Shown: piece by piece, positions 51,682 through 63,976 of the stretch
How the letters are laid out: each line of letters begins with the position of its first letter
Numbering within the stretch: the stretch's first letter is position 1
Origin: Cetorhinus maximus
Taxonomy: Eukaryota
Assembly (NCBI RefSeq): GCF_964194155.1
Contig: NC_135886.1
Location: 5,146,001 to 5,210,000 of the forward strand
Length of the DNA stretch: 64,000 bases
Direction: 5' to 3'
Notes under the pieces: model-generated
What the model saw: only the letters and a program-made list of their open reading frames with translations
Told to the model about the DNA's origin: nothing
Databases searched by the model: none
Program-made: the position numbers and the translations under genes

Positions 51682-52014
51682 CTTCAGTGATTTTAAGTGC
51701 TACAGGGCTTAACAGGTCCCAGAAAAGCCTTTCAATTCCACACCAGTACAAGCCTTCATCATCCTGCGTTAAGTGTTCCATTGTGACTGTAAACTCCCCT
51801 GCTTCAGTATCAGCTGCAATGGTGATTCTGCCATCAGAATTTGCCTTGTTCGGGCTGTGGGTTTGCACAAGAATAGCACAGGATTCCTGGGTGTTGCCTT
51901 TGCACCAGTACTTTCGATAATTGCTGTAGTATTTGTCATATGTACATGTGACATGGATTGATTGTCCGACTAATGCATTGATAACATCTGGTCCATTTAA
52001 TGCAGCGTACGTAA
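51682..52014 (-). CDS. Gene B exon 2: V-set Ig domain, CD300/pIgR (CMRF35-like) family
   Basis: cacactgaacag|TT...GAAG|gtagga; 333 nt, phase 1-1, open; VTYAALNGPDVINALVGQSIHVTCTYDKYYSNYRKYWCKGNTQESCAILVQT...DEGLYWCGIERLFWDLLSPVALKITE. Confidence 0.95.
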
Positions 52015-52195
52015 CTGTTCAGTGTGAAATTATAACACATGTTTTAAAGTACAATAAAAATAAATCAGCGCAACAGTTTAACAGCATAAAGTGTCCTTTG
52101 AATACTTGAAATTTCAAAATGTGCATTAAGGCTTGTAAACTCACTCTCCCAATTTGATGGTCCTAATGATGGTGTTTGAAGGATTTCTGTATTAA

Positions 52196-53250
52196 CGCCT
52201 GGATTTTCACCCCCGAGGCGGGTAATGGGAGTCGGGAAAATTCCTGCTCGGCCCGCCTGCCTCAGGAGAAAGTGTCAGCCCAGGCAGGGTCCTCATGGCT
52301 GGGGGGTGGGTGCGGGCTGGGGTCGGGTTAGCTGACCTGGAAAAAAGGTTTGGAGGCAGCCGCAGATGCTACCGGGTCCAGGGATGGGCTTTTTAAAAGG
52401 CCTGCCTCGGTGCCATGGGACTTTGTCCCAGTGAAAAAAAACACAAAGGCCCTCTGTTGCCCACCCCTCACATCTCCTTCATCCTCCAAACACTCCACAT
52501 AGAATAAATTGGATAGATACATGGCTGGGAGAGGTCTGGAGGGTTATGGACTGGGTGCAGGTCAATGGGACTAGTGGAATAATATTTCAGCACAGACTAG
52601 AAGGGCCGAATGGCCTGTTTTCTGTGCTGTAGTGTTCTATGGTTCTATGGTTCTATGTCCCATCAATGCCATCTCATGACCCTATGTTCATGACTCATCC
52701 CTATGTTCCTTCACCTTCCACCCAACCCCTCAGAGCAGAGGGGCCTGAGGGGGTTGGTGGGGGCATAACTTGGCGTAGGAGCCATGAGGGGAACCTTTTG
52801 AACTTACATTTTAAAAGATCACCTCAAGCGCACTAGGGCCGGCATTTTCGGGCCCCGCTGTGGACGGGATCCACCATGGGCAAGGCAGTGCCCCAGCCAG
52901 AAATCCATTGCCTTGTGACGGGTCCGGAAGATGGCGGTGGTGGGCGGGTGTGGAACATTCTGCCCCTACGGATCACGAATCCACTCATGGGCCGTGAATC
53001 GCGACACTTTAAAAACCTGGCCCAGCTCCATGAAAACTGCAGAGGATCGGGACAGGCCTACCTCCGCAATGGAGCCGACCAGGCCGGGAGTGCTGGATGC
53101 GTGCTCCTGACAGGAAGCAGCCCGCATCCTTTAAAAACACTCCCAAGAATCGCACAGCCTGGGAGTGGGGTCGGGAATCCTGGAATCGGGACCCGCCTGC
53201 CATTTTTCCAAGGGCTCCTCAGTCAACTTGACTCAGTGAAAATCCAGGCC
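52196..53250. mobile_element. Harbinger-type MITE containing a nested CR1 3' end (about 52505-52657)
   Basis: TIRs gcctggattttcac / gtgaaaatccaggc; nested piece ends gggccgaatggcctg...(ttctatgg)n. Confidence 0.75.
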
Positions 53251-53334
53251 AAGGTGTCTGGCAAAGGAGAACCAAAAAACATTCTGTATTGAAATTCAGC
53301 TGCCCTTGTGTAAATAGGGATTCCAAGGACTGGA

Positions 53335-53711
53335 TTAAGTGGGGAGATTATTCACGCAGAGAGGTTGCATTCATTGGAATTTAGAAGGTTAAGGGATGAT
53401 TTTATTGGAATTTTCAAGATGTTAAGGGGATTAGATAGGGTAGGTAGAGAGCAACTATTTCCATGGTTGGCAGTCTATAGGGGAGATAGTTTCAAAACTA
53501 GAGCCTGCCCTTCCAAGAGTGAAATGAGGGAAACTCCTCCTGTACACCTACACACAATTTGGAACTCTCTTGCGCAATGGAAGTTGATATCTGGTCATTA
53601 CTAATTTTAGGTCTGAGTTTGATAGATTTTTATCAACCAAAGCTATTCGCGGAAATAGGCCAAAGGCAGGCGTATGAAGTTAGGTCATAGGTCAGCCATG
53701 ATCTCATTGAA
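53335..53711 (+). mobile_element. Old CR1 3' fragment
   Basis: LHSLEFRRLRDDFIGIFKMLRGLDRV. Confidence 0.8.
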
Positions 53712-53780
53712 ATGAAAACAGAAAGTGCTGGGAAGACTCAGCAGGTCCGCAGCATCCACGGGGAGAGAAACGAGGCTAAT

Positions 53781-53887
53781 GGGCGGAATTTTCCAGCCCC
53801 TCCCGCCGGTGGGGGTCTCCCGCCGAAGTCAACGGGCATTTGATTGGCTCGCCCCATCCCTCACGGCTGGGCTGGGAAACCCTGGCC
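53781..53887. mobile_element. Small Harbinger-type MITE inserted in a Penelope-like pLTR
   Basis: Ends gggcggaattttcc / ggaaaccctggcc; TSD aat; host is gaaaacagaaagtgctgggaagactcagcaggtc...gtttca. Confidence 0.7.
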
Positions 53888-54484
53888 AATGTTTCAAGTA
53901 AACATAACCCTTCTCCAGGACACGATACAGAGCACGGTTTCAATATAGAATGCTTCCTGTACTTCCTTTGCAAGACACAGTAAGCACCTCAACTACATCA
54001 TTCGAATGACCAAATTGGGAGAGTAAGTTTACCAATCTCAATGCACACATTTAAATTCGAAGTGTTTGCTAATATTGGAACTGGCTCAAGGGGCCTCCTG
54101 CAGTTCCCATAATATGACACAAACATTGCTGAAAATCGAACATCGCTTCCGCATTTGGAGGAGCATACATGGAACATTAACCTGTAAATGTTAATTGCCA
54201 TTATTACTTTTTTAAAATTGACATCTAGTTTCTTTTGCTCTGGTGCAATAAGGCCGAAGGGCACAATAGTTCAGCGCATGAAGCAGTGGCAAGGAAAAAG
54301 ATGATCAAAAAGATTATGACATGAACGGGTGTTTACCCTCCTGTCACAGTATAGAGAGGCTTTCCTCAGCAGCAGATTGCTGACACATAAATCTGCACGG
54401 ATTCATAAAACGGCTTCAATTATTTGAAACAGATGTTTAAGTAAAACACACAAGGATAGTTTAAGGTGCATTAAAATGAATGGA

Positions 54485-54826
54485 AAAAGAAATCAAGTCT
54501 TGCATCTTTCATGACATCAGAATGCTTAACAGCCAACAAACATGCTGCAAGTACACTCATTGTCGTAGTCAAAGAGGCAAACAATGTGTGTGCAGCAAGA
54601 TCCCACAAATAACAATGAAAGACCAGATGATTTATTTTTATATCATACATCAAGGTAACACCATGAAATCTTTCACATGCACCTGATAGGGGAGATGGGA
54701 TGTCTGAGCCCTGATCACTAAGCTGAAGTGTTATTCTGGTTCACATGCTCAAGTCTCTGGAGTGGGACTTGAACCCACAACCTTCCAGATACCATAACTA
54801 CTGTTCCACCATTGAGCCACAGCTGA
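54485..54826 (-). mobile_element. Deu-domain SINE, degraded
   Basis: cagcaagatcccacaaataacaatg; tgctcaagtctctggagtgggacttgaacccacaacc. Confidence 0.7.
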
Positions 54827-55036
54827 TAGGAATGCTGCAGTGGATTTTCCTGTTCCTATGCCTGGGGGTATTGAATTTCCTATAGGAAAATTGGACAGGG
54901 AGGATTAACAAACTTATAATTAGGCAAATATTCTAGAAGAAAGATCTGCTACTAATTAATGTTTCTATAAAACTTGCACTAATGCACACAATTCTCATTT
55001 CACCATAGAAGCTCCTAAAAATTGTTTGTTTCTTAC

Positions 55037-55076
55037 CTGAGAAGGAGACCATGAAAAGATGAAATGACAAATCCAT
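55037..55076 (-). CDS. Gene B exon 1: signal peptide of activating-type CD300/pIgR-like receptor
   Basis: aaaacATG MDLSFHLFMVSFS+G|gtaaga; 40 nt, phase 1. Confidence 0.82.
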
Positions 55077-55214
55077 GTTTTACGTTTTAAAGTTGAACAA
55101 ATATCACAGAGAAAGTTATGGGACTGCTCCTCCTTATTTTTGCTTCACCCAGCTTTATTGACCAATGTAACTGAAAACAAGAGGATGATTCTAGTTTTCA
55201 ACTGCTCAAGTTCA

Positions 55215-55223
55215 CAGGAAGTG
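55215..55223 (+). promoter_or_regulatory. Possible ETS-family site about 140 bp upstream of the gene B ATG
   Basis: caggaagtg matches the ETS consensus; short motif, position only suggestive. Confidence 0.3.
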
Positions 55224-55271
55224 CATTTTAAGGAATGGGGAAGGGCTAATGACAAGATGAATTATTTTGTC

Positions 55272-55406
55272 AAAAGTAAATACCGCAGACGCTAGAGATC
55301 TTAATAAAACCGGAAAGTGCTGGAAATACTCAGCAGATCTGGAAGTATCGGCGGAGAGAGCAACAGAGTTAATGTTTCGAGTTGAATATGACTCTTCTTC
55401 AGAACT
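55272..55406 (-). mobile_element. Penelope-like pLTR fragment with hammerhead core
   Basis: Minus strand agtt-CTGAAGA-agagtc..actc-GAAA-catt-aact. Confidence 0.7.
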
Positions 55407-55450
55407 GCTGTACAGTCCTGATAAAGACTCATATTTGCCTCGAATCATTG

Positions 55451-56365
55451 GGGCTGGATTTTCATCCCTGAGGCAGGTAGCGGGAGTTGGGAAAATTCCT
55501 GGCTCCGTCCACCTGCTTCAGGAGAAAGTGCCTGCAAGGACGGGATTTTCATCGTTGGCGCAGTCTGGCCAGCTGACCCGGGAAACTTTCAGAGGCAGGC
55601 CACAGGGGCTGCCAGATCTGGAGGTGCCCTGTTTAAAAGGCCTGCCTCAGAGCTGTGGGACACCATCCCAGTTAAAAAGAAAAACAGAAAGGCGCTCCAG
55701 CCCTCACCCCTCAAACGCCCTCACCCTCACACATTCCCCATGCTCCATCCAGGCCATTTCATACCCTCCCCTCCCCCACATGTTCCGTATGGCCCCTCAT
55801 GCCCACATGCCAAGCTATGGCTCTTCCAAGCCCATTCATTCAATATACACTTTACAGAAGCAATGAACCCAATGGTGACAGTAAGATTGCAAAATAAGCT
55901 TTTAAAAAAGTTATTCATTGATATCTTTCCACTTCCTTCAGTAAAACTCCTTTTTACTACAGTCAAATTAAAGTGTCAATCATCCAAGCCCCTTAAAGTT
56001 TCAATAGCAGAAACTGCAAACACTTGAAACCTCTTTAGCTTGTGCAAGTAAAATAAACTGACAGCAGAGATTACTGAGCTAGAAACATTAATCAAGCAAT
56101 GTTTTTCCCGGGGCTCATGTGTTTCAGCAGGCTAATGGATTTATGGGGCTCTCTGCCAAGCCTTATCCTGTATTCTTGACTGAGAGCCCATTCATCCATT
56201 AGCGTACTAAAACATCTGGAGCCTGGAGTGCAGGATGTGTGCTCGGGACCTGAGCTAGTTGGGACTCCTAAAAGGCACCCCCAAAAATTGGAAACCCCAG
56301 AGTTGCGATCCACTACAATTTTTAAAGGGCTCCTGAGTCACCCCAATTAGGAGAGAATCCAACCC
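55451..56365. mobile_element. Harbinger-type MITE related to 52196-53250
   Basis: Ends gggctggattttc / gagaatccaaccc; shared subterminal gggagt(t/c)gggaaaattcctg and tcaggagaaagtg. Confidence 0.7.
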
Positions 56366-57486
56366 GTTAACTCGATTTCTCTCTCCACAGATGCTGCCAG
56401 TATTTCAAGCACTTTGTGTTTGAATTGTTTTGGTCTTTGTTAGATTTTTTAATGTTTTGTTTGGCTGTTTCTGCAAATCTGGCAAAGTGAAGTGCATGTA
56501 TCTGATTTGTGGGTTTTTTGTTCAAATAAAGTGAGGTTTAATGTGTTAATATCAAGAGAATGTCAAATTATCCTGTTTTTGTAGCTGGCTGGACAATGTG
56601 TTAATCACCAGCTACCACAGATAACCTGAAACACTTGGCCTGGATCAATGAATCATGATATTAAATGACACACTTTTAACTTAGAGCCAGAAGGAGCAGG
56701 ACTCCTGAGGCTGACACTAGCCCCCTCTTTCTCACTGCCCACCCTCTCCTCTCTCTTCAGCCTAACCGCTCCATGGCTTACCTGAGGGTTGCCACCTCTA
56801 TTACAGCAGCCCAACATTTATCTGGCCTTTGTCAGTGAGTTGCCAAGGGCCGTGCGATAGGCGTCTGCAGCTTCTCACTCTTATTAAAATGAGGCTCAAG
56901 ACCCAAAAACGATCAGACCACGGGCCTAACTGTTCTGGTGCAGGGATTGACGAATACCGCTGATAGGTCACTTTACTCAGTTTCCACTCCAGTGCATTTT
57001 CTTTGGTATCTACATTACTCAATGAGGAACTGCCCAAGTTTCTGTTGCCATTTGTTGTTTCTTGATCTTTATTCCAATCACACTGGAGCCTAGCTTTCAA
57101 ACAAACTTTAATAATCTATTGCTTGCGACATTCTTCTTGACCTTAAGGCTGTTTGTTTGAATGGGAGGATGGCCATTATTAGTCAACTTGTTATTAACAT
57201 TGCCTTATGTGGCTTATTACCTAATTTTGTTTCATAATGTTCCTGTGAAACATCCTGGAATTTTTAGTATGTTATGTAAATGCAAATTGTTATTGTTGCC
57301 ATTGTTAATACCCCAAACACTTTCTGCTTCTGGATAGTTGATGAGAGAAAGTAAGTATAGTTTGCCTGAATTTCTCCTGTCCGTAACAGTCACTAATAAA
57401 GATTACTTTAATCTAATTTGTCTATTCTGTCTGGTTGATTCTGTTACAATTGTGAGGTTTACAAGATTGTTGTGTTTTGGGATTGT

Positions 57487-60118
57487 GGCCAGGATTTTCT
57501 GCTCCATCCTGTAGCAGGCACCATGGCAGGCGAGAGTGGAAAATATTGTCAGAGTGAAAAAATCGGTTTCATGTTGGTGGGAAATCAGGTTGCGATTGTT
57601 GACGCCTGATTTCAATGGAGGCGCGCGATTCCTGCCTTGCCATACATTGCTGACTTTTCGAAGACTGTCTTTGTCCCAGACCAGGGAGGGGGGAGGGCAT
57701 GTCATTCAAGTGTCAGTCATGCCCAGCATGTTGTGCACTGGGCCTAGTTGTTATAACAGGCGCCTCAGTCTGGGTGAAGGGTTTCTGCTTCAATAATGGG
57801 CTGCAGGTGGCACTCTCAAAGTCAGGGTAGGCTATAGATGGGTAAAGGTACTGTAGGGTCATTTGAGAGGTTCAAGGTGGGGTGGAGGGGGAATTCAGTA
57901 TCTCACTGTGCAATCGGCCTCAAGATGGGGATCTGCAAATGGGGCATAGGCACATCTACCTCACACAGGGATATCCTCCACAATCAAAATGACATAAAGC
58001 CTTGGAGGGGAAGGCTTGAGAATTATTGGAGGGGGAGAAACCTAAACATAATGCACCCCCAGGACGATGGCAGGGATCACCGCACTCACACGGGGTAGGG
58101 TCCAAGCTGGTCTGATAGTGAGGCCTTGGCACCATCATCTTGCAACCTGAAGTGGTTGTGCAGCACAAAATTAAACTGAGGAATAGATCAGCTGGTGAGG
58201 GCCGTTTGGAGGAGTGGCGCACTGCACTGGGGGTGCCATTAAAGGGGCACCCAACTGAACTGTGCATTCCCAAATGAGGAGGGATGAACACCTGAGACAT
58301 GTTAGGAGCCTTTCAATGATAATGCAGGGAATCAGGAGAATGAAGCAATGAAGCACATTCATGCCAGATTAATGACGAATCATGGCACTAATGGAACTTT
58401 TTGCTTTAACCCCTTGTTCTAAGTATGCCAATTTCCCACAGTGATAACAAGGTCTACAGCGTTTTGGAGACTGGACAGTAATTGAAGATCACAGCGTCTG
58501 GCCAAAGCAACCTCGTAGCAGTCGGTCATGTCAAGGTTGGAGTAGGGGGTGGGGAAGGTGCATTATCAAACGTTCCTTGCGCTGGCCAGGATTTCAGTGT
58601 CGAATAGCTGCTGTCACTGGAACCATGTCCTTGAACCCACAGTCACACTCCAGTAATCTACAGAAATAGGAGCTTCTGGAGGATCATGTTGACTCATCTT
58701 TTTTTCTGATGTTGCAGAGAAGGGAACTTTAGGAAGATGGAGACTGGATTTGTTGTTGTTTGCATAATCGCTCACAGGAAGGAGAGAAGGTGGAGAAGAT
58801 TGTGATTGTGGCATCTGGCTTGCCAAAGAGAGGAGCTACACCCTCATGAGCGCGGGCTACCAGGGCCCCCTCCGGGCGCAGAGGATGAGGCTCACAGGAA
58901 CGTTGTGTGTAGGTGACTCCTTGAGGATAGGGGTAAGCTGGAGTGAGATCGAGTTGCCCTGTCCCCTTCTCCCATAGCCACTGATAGATGACATCAAGGG
59001 CTACACCAATGACGTAAAGCTCCTGGTGCAGTGCAGGGCCTATGTCCTAGATAAAGGTCTCCATGGTGGCTGCCGACCTACCAGTGTTGGCCTCAGCTCT
59101 TTGGTATCACGACGCTATAACCTCAGACTGAATGTGGATGGATGCCCCCATTGTATGTTGCAATCTGTGGAAAGCAGCTGATATTCCCCTGACTGTCACT
59201 GACGCTCCACCAACTGAGTTGGGATCAAGTCCGGAGGCTCGTCATCAGATTCAGACTCAGCAGAATCCTGGCATCCAGCAGTTCCCCCTAGCGCTGGCTA
59301 TCTCAGATGCCTTTGACTCAACTTGCTATGGATGAGATTGTGTGCTGTGATCATCAGATTGTGACTCAAGGCCACTCTGGAACTAGGTCCCGCTGAAGTG
59401 TGTGTTTCTGCGTCGGAGGAGGATGTGAATGAACGCTGTGATGCATCTTAAATGGAGCACTCCTCTTCTTCTTACTTCGAAGTTTCTTCAAGGCTGGAGA
59501 TGAAGGCCTGGTTGGATGATGCCCTCAGATGCTTTCTGCAGGTGCCTATGAAAGAAATTGGAGGTTACTTAAACATGGAAAGTGACTGGAAGATAGCAGA
59601 ATGCACTCACAGTATGGTTGTCTTAGGGATGATTGGTGCAGGGTCCTCACTTAGGTTTACAGTGCCAATCTCACCGTCACCACATACAAGGTCCCTGTCC
59701 ACTCCGGTCAGTGCAATGGCACACTCCTCATATGGAGTTATGGCCTTAATTTCAGCCAATCCACCTCCGGTCTGGGGCCTCTCTCTCATCTATTATGTAC
59801 GAGCATGAAGACAAATGGATAAATGGATGGGCACATTGTGTGGTTGGTGGGTGGAGCAGTGGACGGGATGAAGAAACCAACAACACAGGATATGAGCCCA
59901 GATGGAGATGGGAAGGTGAATGAGGGAATGAGTGGTGATGTGTCTTTAGCTGGAAGTGTGTGAGACCTCTGTGAAGTGTCTTCCTGCTTAAGGCCTTATG
60001 GGCTTGTGAATGTGTGAGTTTAGGGTGATGAGATGGTTGACTTATCCTGCTGCGATGGATGAGATCCTTCATCCCCTTTCTGCACTGGATCGCAGACCTT
60101 TGCTGTGGAGAGTGGGTT
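57487..60118 (-). mobile_element. Truncated Harbinger derivative with Myb/SANT gene remnants
   Basis: One TIR ggccaggattttct; minus-strand QRSAIQCRKGMKDLIHRSR and RERPQTGGGLAEIKAITPYEE. Confidence 0.75.
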
Positions 60119-61008
60119 GTGTTATAAGAATAGGGGAACATTCCTTTCTGTAGTTTAAAGTAAAAGTCGCCTACAAAAAGAAAATGCGGTTTTCAATAGT
60201 GCTTTTTCTTAATCATTTGCTACAGTAAGAGTTTTAAAATATGAAATCTTGCTGTGCCATTCTTTCAACTATTAACTGGAAGTTCGAATATGTTTTTTAA
60301 AAGTTCTTGGTCTCTATGGTGATCGTAATAATTCTAAAGAGAAAATGCTCGAAGTGTGATTGCTGCATATACATTGCCATGGGAACTAATCGTACATTAG
60401 GGTGATTTCGACTTTCTGTGATAGTGCAAAAGGGATAGTGAATCTGCCACCCATTTTATGTCTCCCCCAATTAACTGCACAAAACAAAAACCTGTTTTAT
60501 AATCAAAATATCAAAAGTCATTATTCTTATTCACTCTAGGTGCAGCTGTTATGGGGAAGCATGGATAAGAATCACCAACCTTTGCCTTGCCACCATTTCT
60601 CAAATTCACGCATTTGCTGTAAAGGAATCAATTGTGGGCTTATTGAAGCCAAGGTTACATTAATATTCACGGCCACCTTGTATTTTGCACCTGGTAGCTG
60701 TGCCTTCACCATGCTATTTTATGTCTAAAATTGATGTACTAAGTTGGTGTCCCTCTGAAATACGTATTGAATAATGTTTGCTTGACAATCAACCAGGGTG
60801 CTATTTTGCTTAATGTTCGTTAAGTATTTTCCTTTTGGGACGGTGAAAATTCTTCACGTAATTTTTGCCACAATAGGGCAGGGCTGTAGGTGAGGTGTGG
60901 ATGTGGTTCAGTGCAACATGTCTTATCGCGTGCGGTTTCTCATCAAAAGTGAAAGTGGTTTGAGGAAAAGCTGTTGAACATCCTTTTCTCCCCCAGTGGT
61001 CAAACTTA

Positions 61009-61704
61009 GGGCAGGATTTTCAGGTCTCAGGGTGGGCGCGGAGGAGGGGCCCGGGAGAGACTGGGGAACGGTCCACCGCCTGTGATCGCCCCCCCCCCGA
61101 TCACGATTTCACGCTGGCCGGCCAGTTAACGGCTAGCCGGTGTGAAAGGTGAGCTGAGAAGCTCAGCGCTGCCAGGGTGGGTGTGGGGGGGTGGCGGGAG
61201 GAGGTCAAGTGCCAAAATCTGCGCACGAGCGGGGAAGTGTGCACTGAAAACTGTCTGAAGGCAGAGAGCTGGCTCAGGGGAGCTGAAGAATATAAAACCC
61301 TTAAATAAAGGTATGGGAAATGTGAAGAAGAAACATGTCCCCCACGTAGGACTTATCACATGAACACAGACATCATAAAAGTCCTGTCAAAACATTCTTA
61401 AAAAAATGTTATTGTTGGAAACCCCATCCTGCCTGTGGATGAGGTTTCCTCAATAATGCAAAGGCCGCTTGGCCGATTCATCTGCCCCCTCCGCCAACCG
61501 TAAGGCTGGACTGGCAGCAGACATAGCAGTTAATTAAAGGCTTAACGGCCTTAATAGGGTCTCTTAATTGTCGGTGGGCACGGTCGCATGCACCCACCGA
61601 CCGAAATACCGCGTGAGTCGGGACACTCGCCCAACGCCAATGCGTGCTGTTTTACGCCTAACTGGGTTGGGTGCACACCTGCCGCAGGACATAAAATTCT
61701 GCCC
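61009..61704. mobile_element. Harbinger-type MITE
   Basis: TIRs gggcaggatttt / aaaattctgccc; TSD tta/ttg; colinear with 36399-37048. Confidence 0.85.
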
Positions 61705-61909
61705 TTGATGCGATCAGCCAGCTAGATTTAAACTTAAACCAATTTAATTTTACCGAATTGCATGTGTTTTTCAAAATAGCTGAGGCGATGTATCAACAGC
61801 TAAAGTATGTCATCGTCTCAGCAAGGGACCTGTATCAGCAAAAACTGCAACATATGACCAGAATTAAAAGAAGTGAGGAAGTATTAAACTCAGCATATTT
61901 ACAGCTGTA

Positions 61910-62275
61910 ACAACTCGTGTTTATACAATGCCTTTAACATATTGCAAAATATCCCAAGGCACTCCACAGGGGCGTGGTCAGTCAGACTTTGACACTGAAC
62001 CACATAAGCAGATAATAACACAGGTGACTGAACGTTTGATTCAAGAGGTAGACTCTATGGAGAGTTTTGAAGGAGGAGAGAGGTTCGAAATAAGGGAAGG
62101 CTTCCTGGAGCTTAGGACCTAAACAGCTGAAGGCCCAGTCACCAATGCTGCAGTGAAGGGAGTGGACTTACAGGATGAGGTTACAGAGACAGGAAGGCTA
62201 TGGAGATACAGAGGCTCTGGTGGGATTGGGATACAAGAACGAGCATTTTAAATTTGAGACATTGCTGGATCTTGA
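61910..62275 (-). mobile_element. L2-like LINE 3' end, degraded
   Basis: tttgacactgaaccacataag and cttaggacctaaacagctgaagg, similar to 13478-13735. Confidence 0.6.
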
Positions 62276-62320
62276 GCTTAATTATTTCATTTTGCAAAAT
62301 ATTTTTTAAGTGCATATTAT

Positions 62321-62702
62321 GGGGAGATGGTGGCATAGTGGTAATGTCACTGACCTAGTAATCCAGAGGCCCAGGCTAATTCTCTGGGGACATGGGTTCA
62401 AATCCCACCATAGCAGCTGGTGGAATTTAAATTCAATTAATAAATCTGGAATATAAAGATAGTCTTAGTAATAGTGACCATGAAACTCTCATCGATTGTT
62501 GATAAAATGCATCTATAGGGAAGGAAGTCTGCCACCCTTACCTGGTCTGGCCTACATATGACTGCAGGTCCACAGCAATGTGGTTGACTCTTAACTGCCC
62601 TCTGAAGCAGTTTGGCAAGCCACTCAGTTCAAGGGGAATTAGGGATAAGCAACAAACATTGGCCTTGCCAGTGACACTTACATCCCATGAAAGAATTAAA
62701 AA
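62321..62702 (+). mobile_element. tRNA-derived SINE, full length
   Basis: A box tggcatagtggt, B box gggttcaaatccc; 3' tail shared with the LINE at 15985-16600. Confidence 0.85.
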
Positions 62703-63360
62703 GAATAATGCAACCATCACCTTCTCATGGGAACTGGGGATGGCCAATAAATGCTGGTCTTAGCAGTGAGATTCTAATGTAAGGGTATTAAACTCCTTAA
62801 AATGATTAAATTTCTTTCTCAATCAATATGAAAGCAACCATGTTGCAAAAGTGCAAATCTAGTACTTCCAACAGAAGGAGACATGCCAGCAGTTCCTGTG
62901 GTAAAAATGAGTGGGCAAAGTATCGATATTTAGCATTGAGTATTATCCAATAGATGGAAAGATATTCTTCAAACCAACATGACAGGGTGGAGTGACAAGG
63001 GTTTTAAACTCTTTTAGTACAAAATAAAGATTGCACAACTCACTTAAACACCGCGTCACTGCATTCGAGGACTATAATGCAATAGTTTGTTTGTAGAAAT
63101 TTAATTTTTAACCAGCACTTTAGGCAGCTGAAGTTTCACAACACAGTGAGCAATGTCAATACAACAAGACAGAAGAAAAAAATCAGCAAAAATATAGAAA
63201 AAGAAATGTGATTTAAACAGTCAAAATAGCACAAGCATATCAGTGGGTTTGAAGGCAGCTTTCTGTAGATATTTACATGAATTGCCTTATTCTGGAAGAA
63301 GTGTGCTAAGAAGTGCTGGAGAGATGAGGTTCACTCAGTAAAGCAAATTCAGTGACCTCC

Positions 63361-63538
63361 AACATAGAAAATTGTGCAGCACAGAAGGAGGCCATTTGGC
63401 CCTTTGGGATTCTGCCAGCTCTTTTGAAGGAAAATCCAGTTGATTCCATTCCCTTGCTCTTTCCCCTGCAATTTCTTCTCTTTCAAGTATTTATCCAATT
63501 TCCTTCTGAAGGCTACTATTGAGTCAATATCCACAACC
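63361..63538 (-). mobile_element. CR1 3' terminal fragment
   Basis: SIVAFRRKLDKYLKEKKLQG; tail cagcacagaaggaggccatttggccc. Confidence 0.75.
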
Positions 63539-63884
63539 CCATTAGATCCAAATTCTGTCCATTCTTACCATCTGCTGCCATCACCCTACATGCTTTGGGC
63601 TGTGTTTCTTGCTCCATTTCTGACATCCTTCACTCGTGCCCTCACTATTTTTGGAAATGCCTCCTTTTTATTAATTTTTCTTTCAATCTTTTACGTATCT
63701 GCTTTCTATTTCCACATGGGTGAGAAGGGAGAAAAAAGCCGATTTTGACCACTAAAAACAAATGATCAATAACAATAAGACGATGCATTGTTAAAGAATA
63801 ACATACATGGAGGGAAATTTGCAAAAATGTTTTGCAGGTGTTGATATCTTCCAAATGGAGGTTTTCCATTGATTGACTTTAAAA

Positions 63885-63976
63885 AGGAAAGACTTGCATT
63901 TATATAGCTTGTTTCATAACCATCAGATATCTCAAAGCACTTTACAGCCAATGAAGTGTAATCACTGTTGTAATGT
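63885..63976 (-). mobile_element. Deu-SINE 3' tail
   Basis: gaaagacttgcatttatatagc...aaagcactttacagccaatgaagtg. Confidence 0.7.

Noticed and set aside
60520-60728. Plus-strand acceptor-like site followed by a 62-aa ORF
   Set aside because: No recognisable protein and no partner exons found.
62321-62410. tRNA gene (A and B boxes)
   Set aside because: Boxes are the head of a multi-copy SINE, followed by SINE body and LINE-derived tail.
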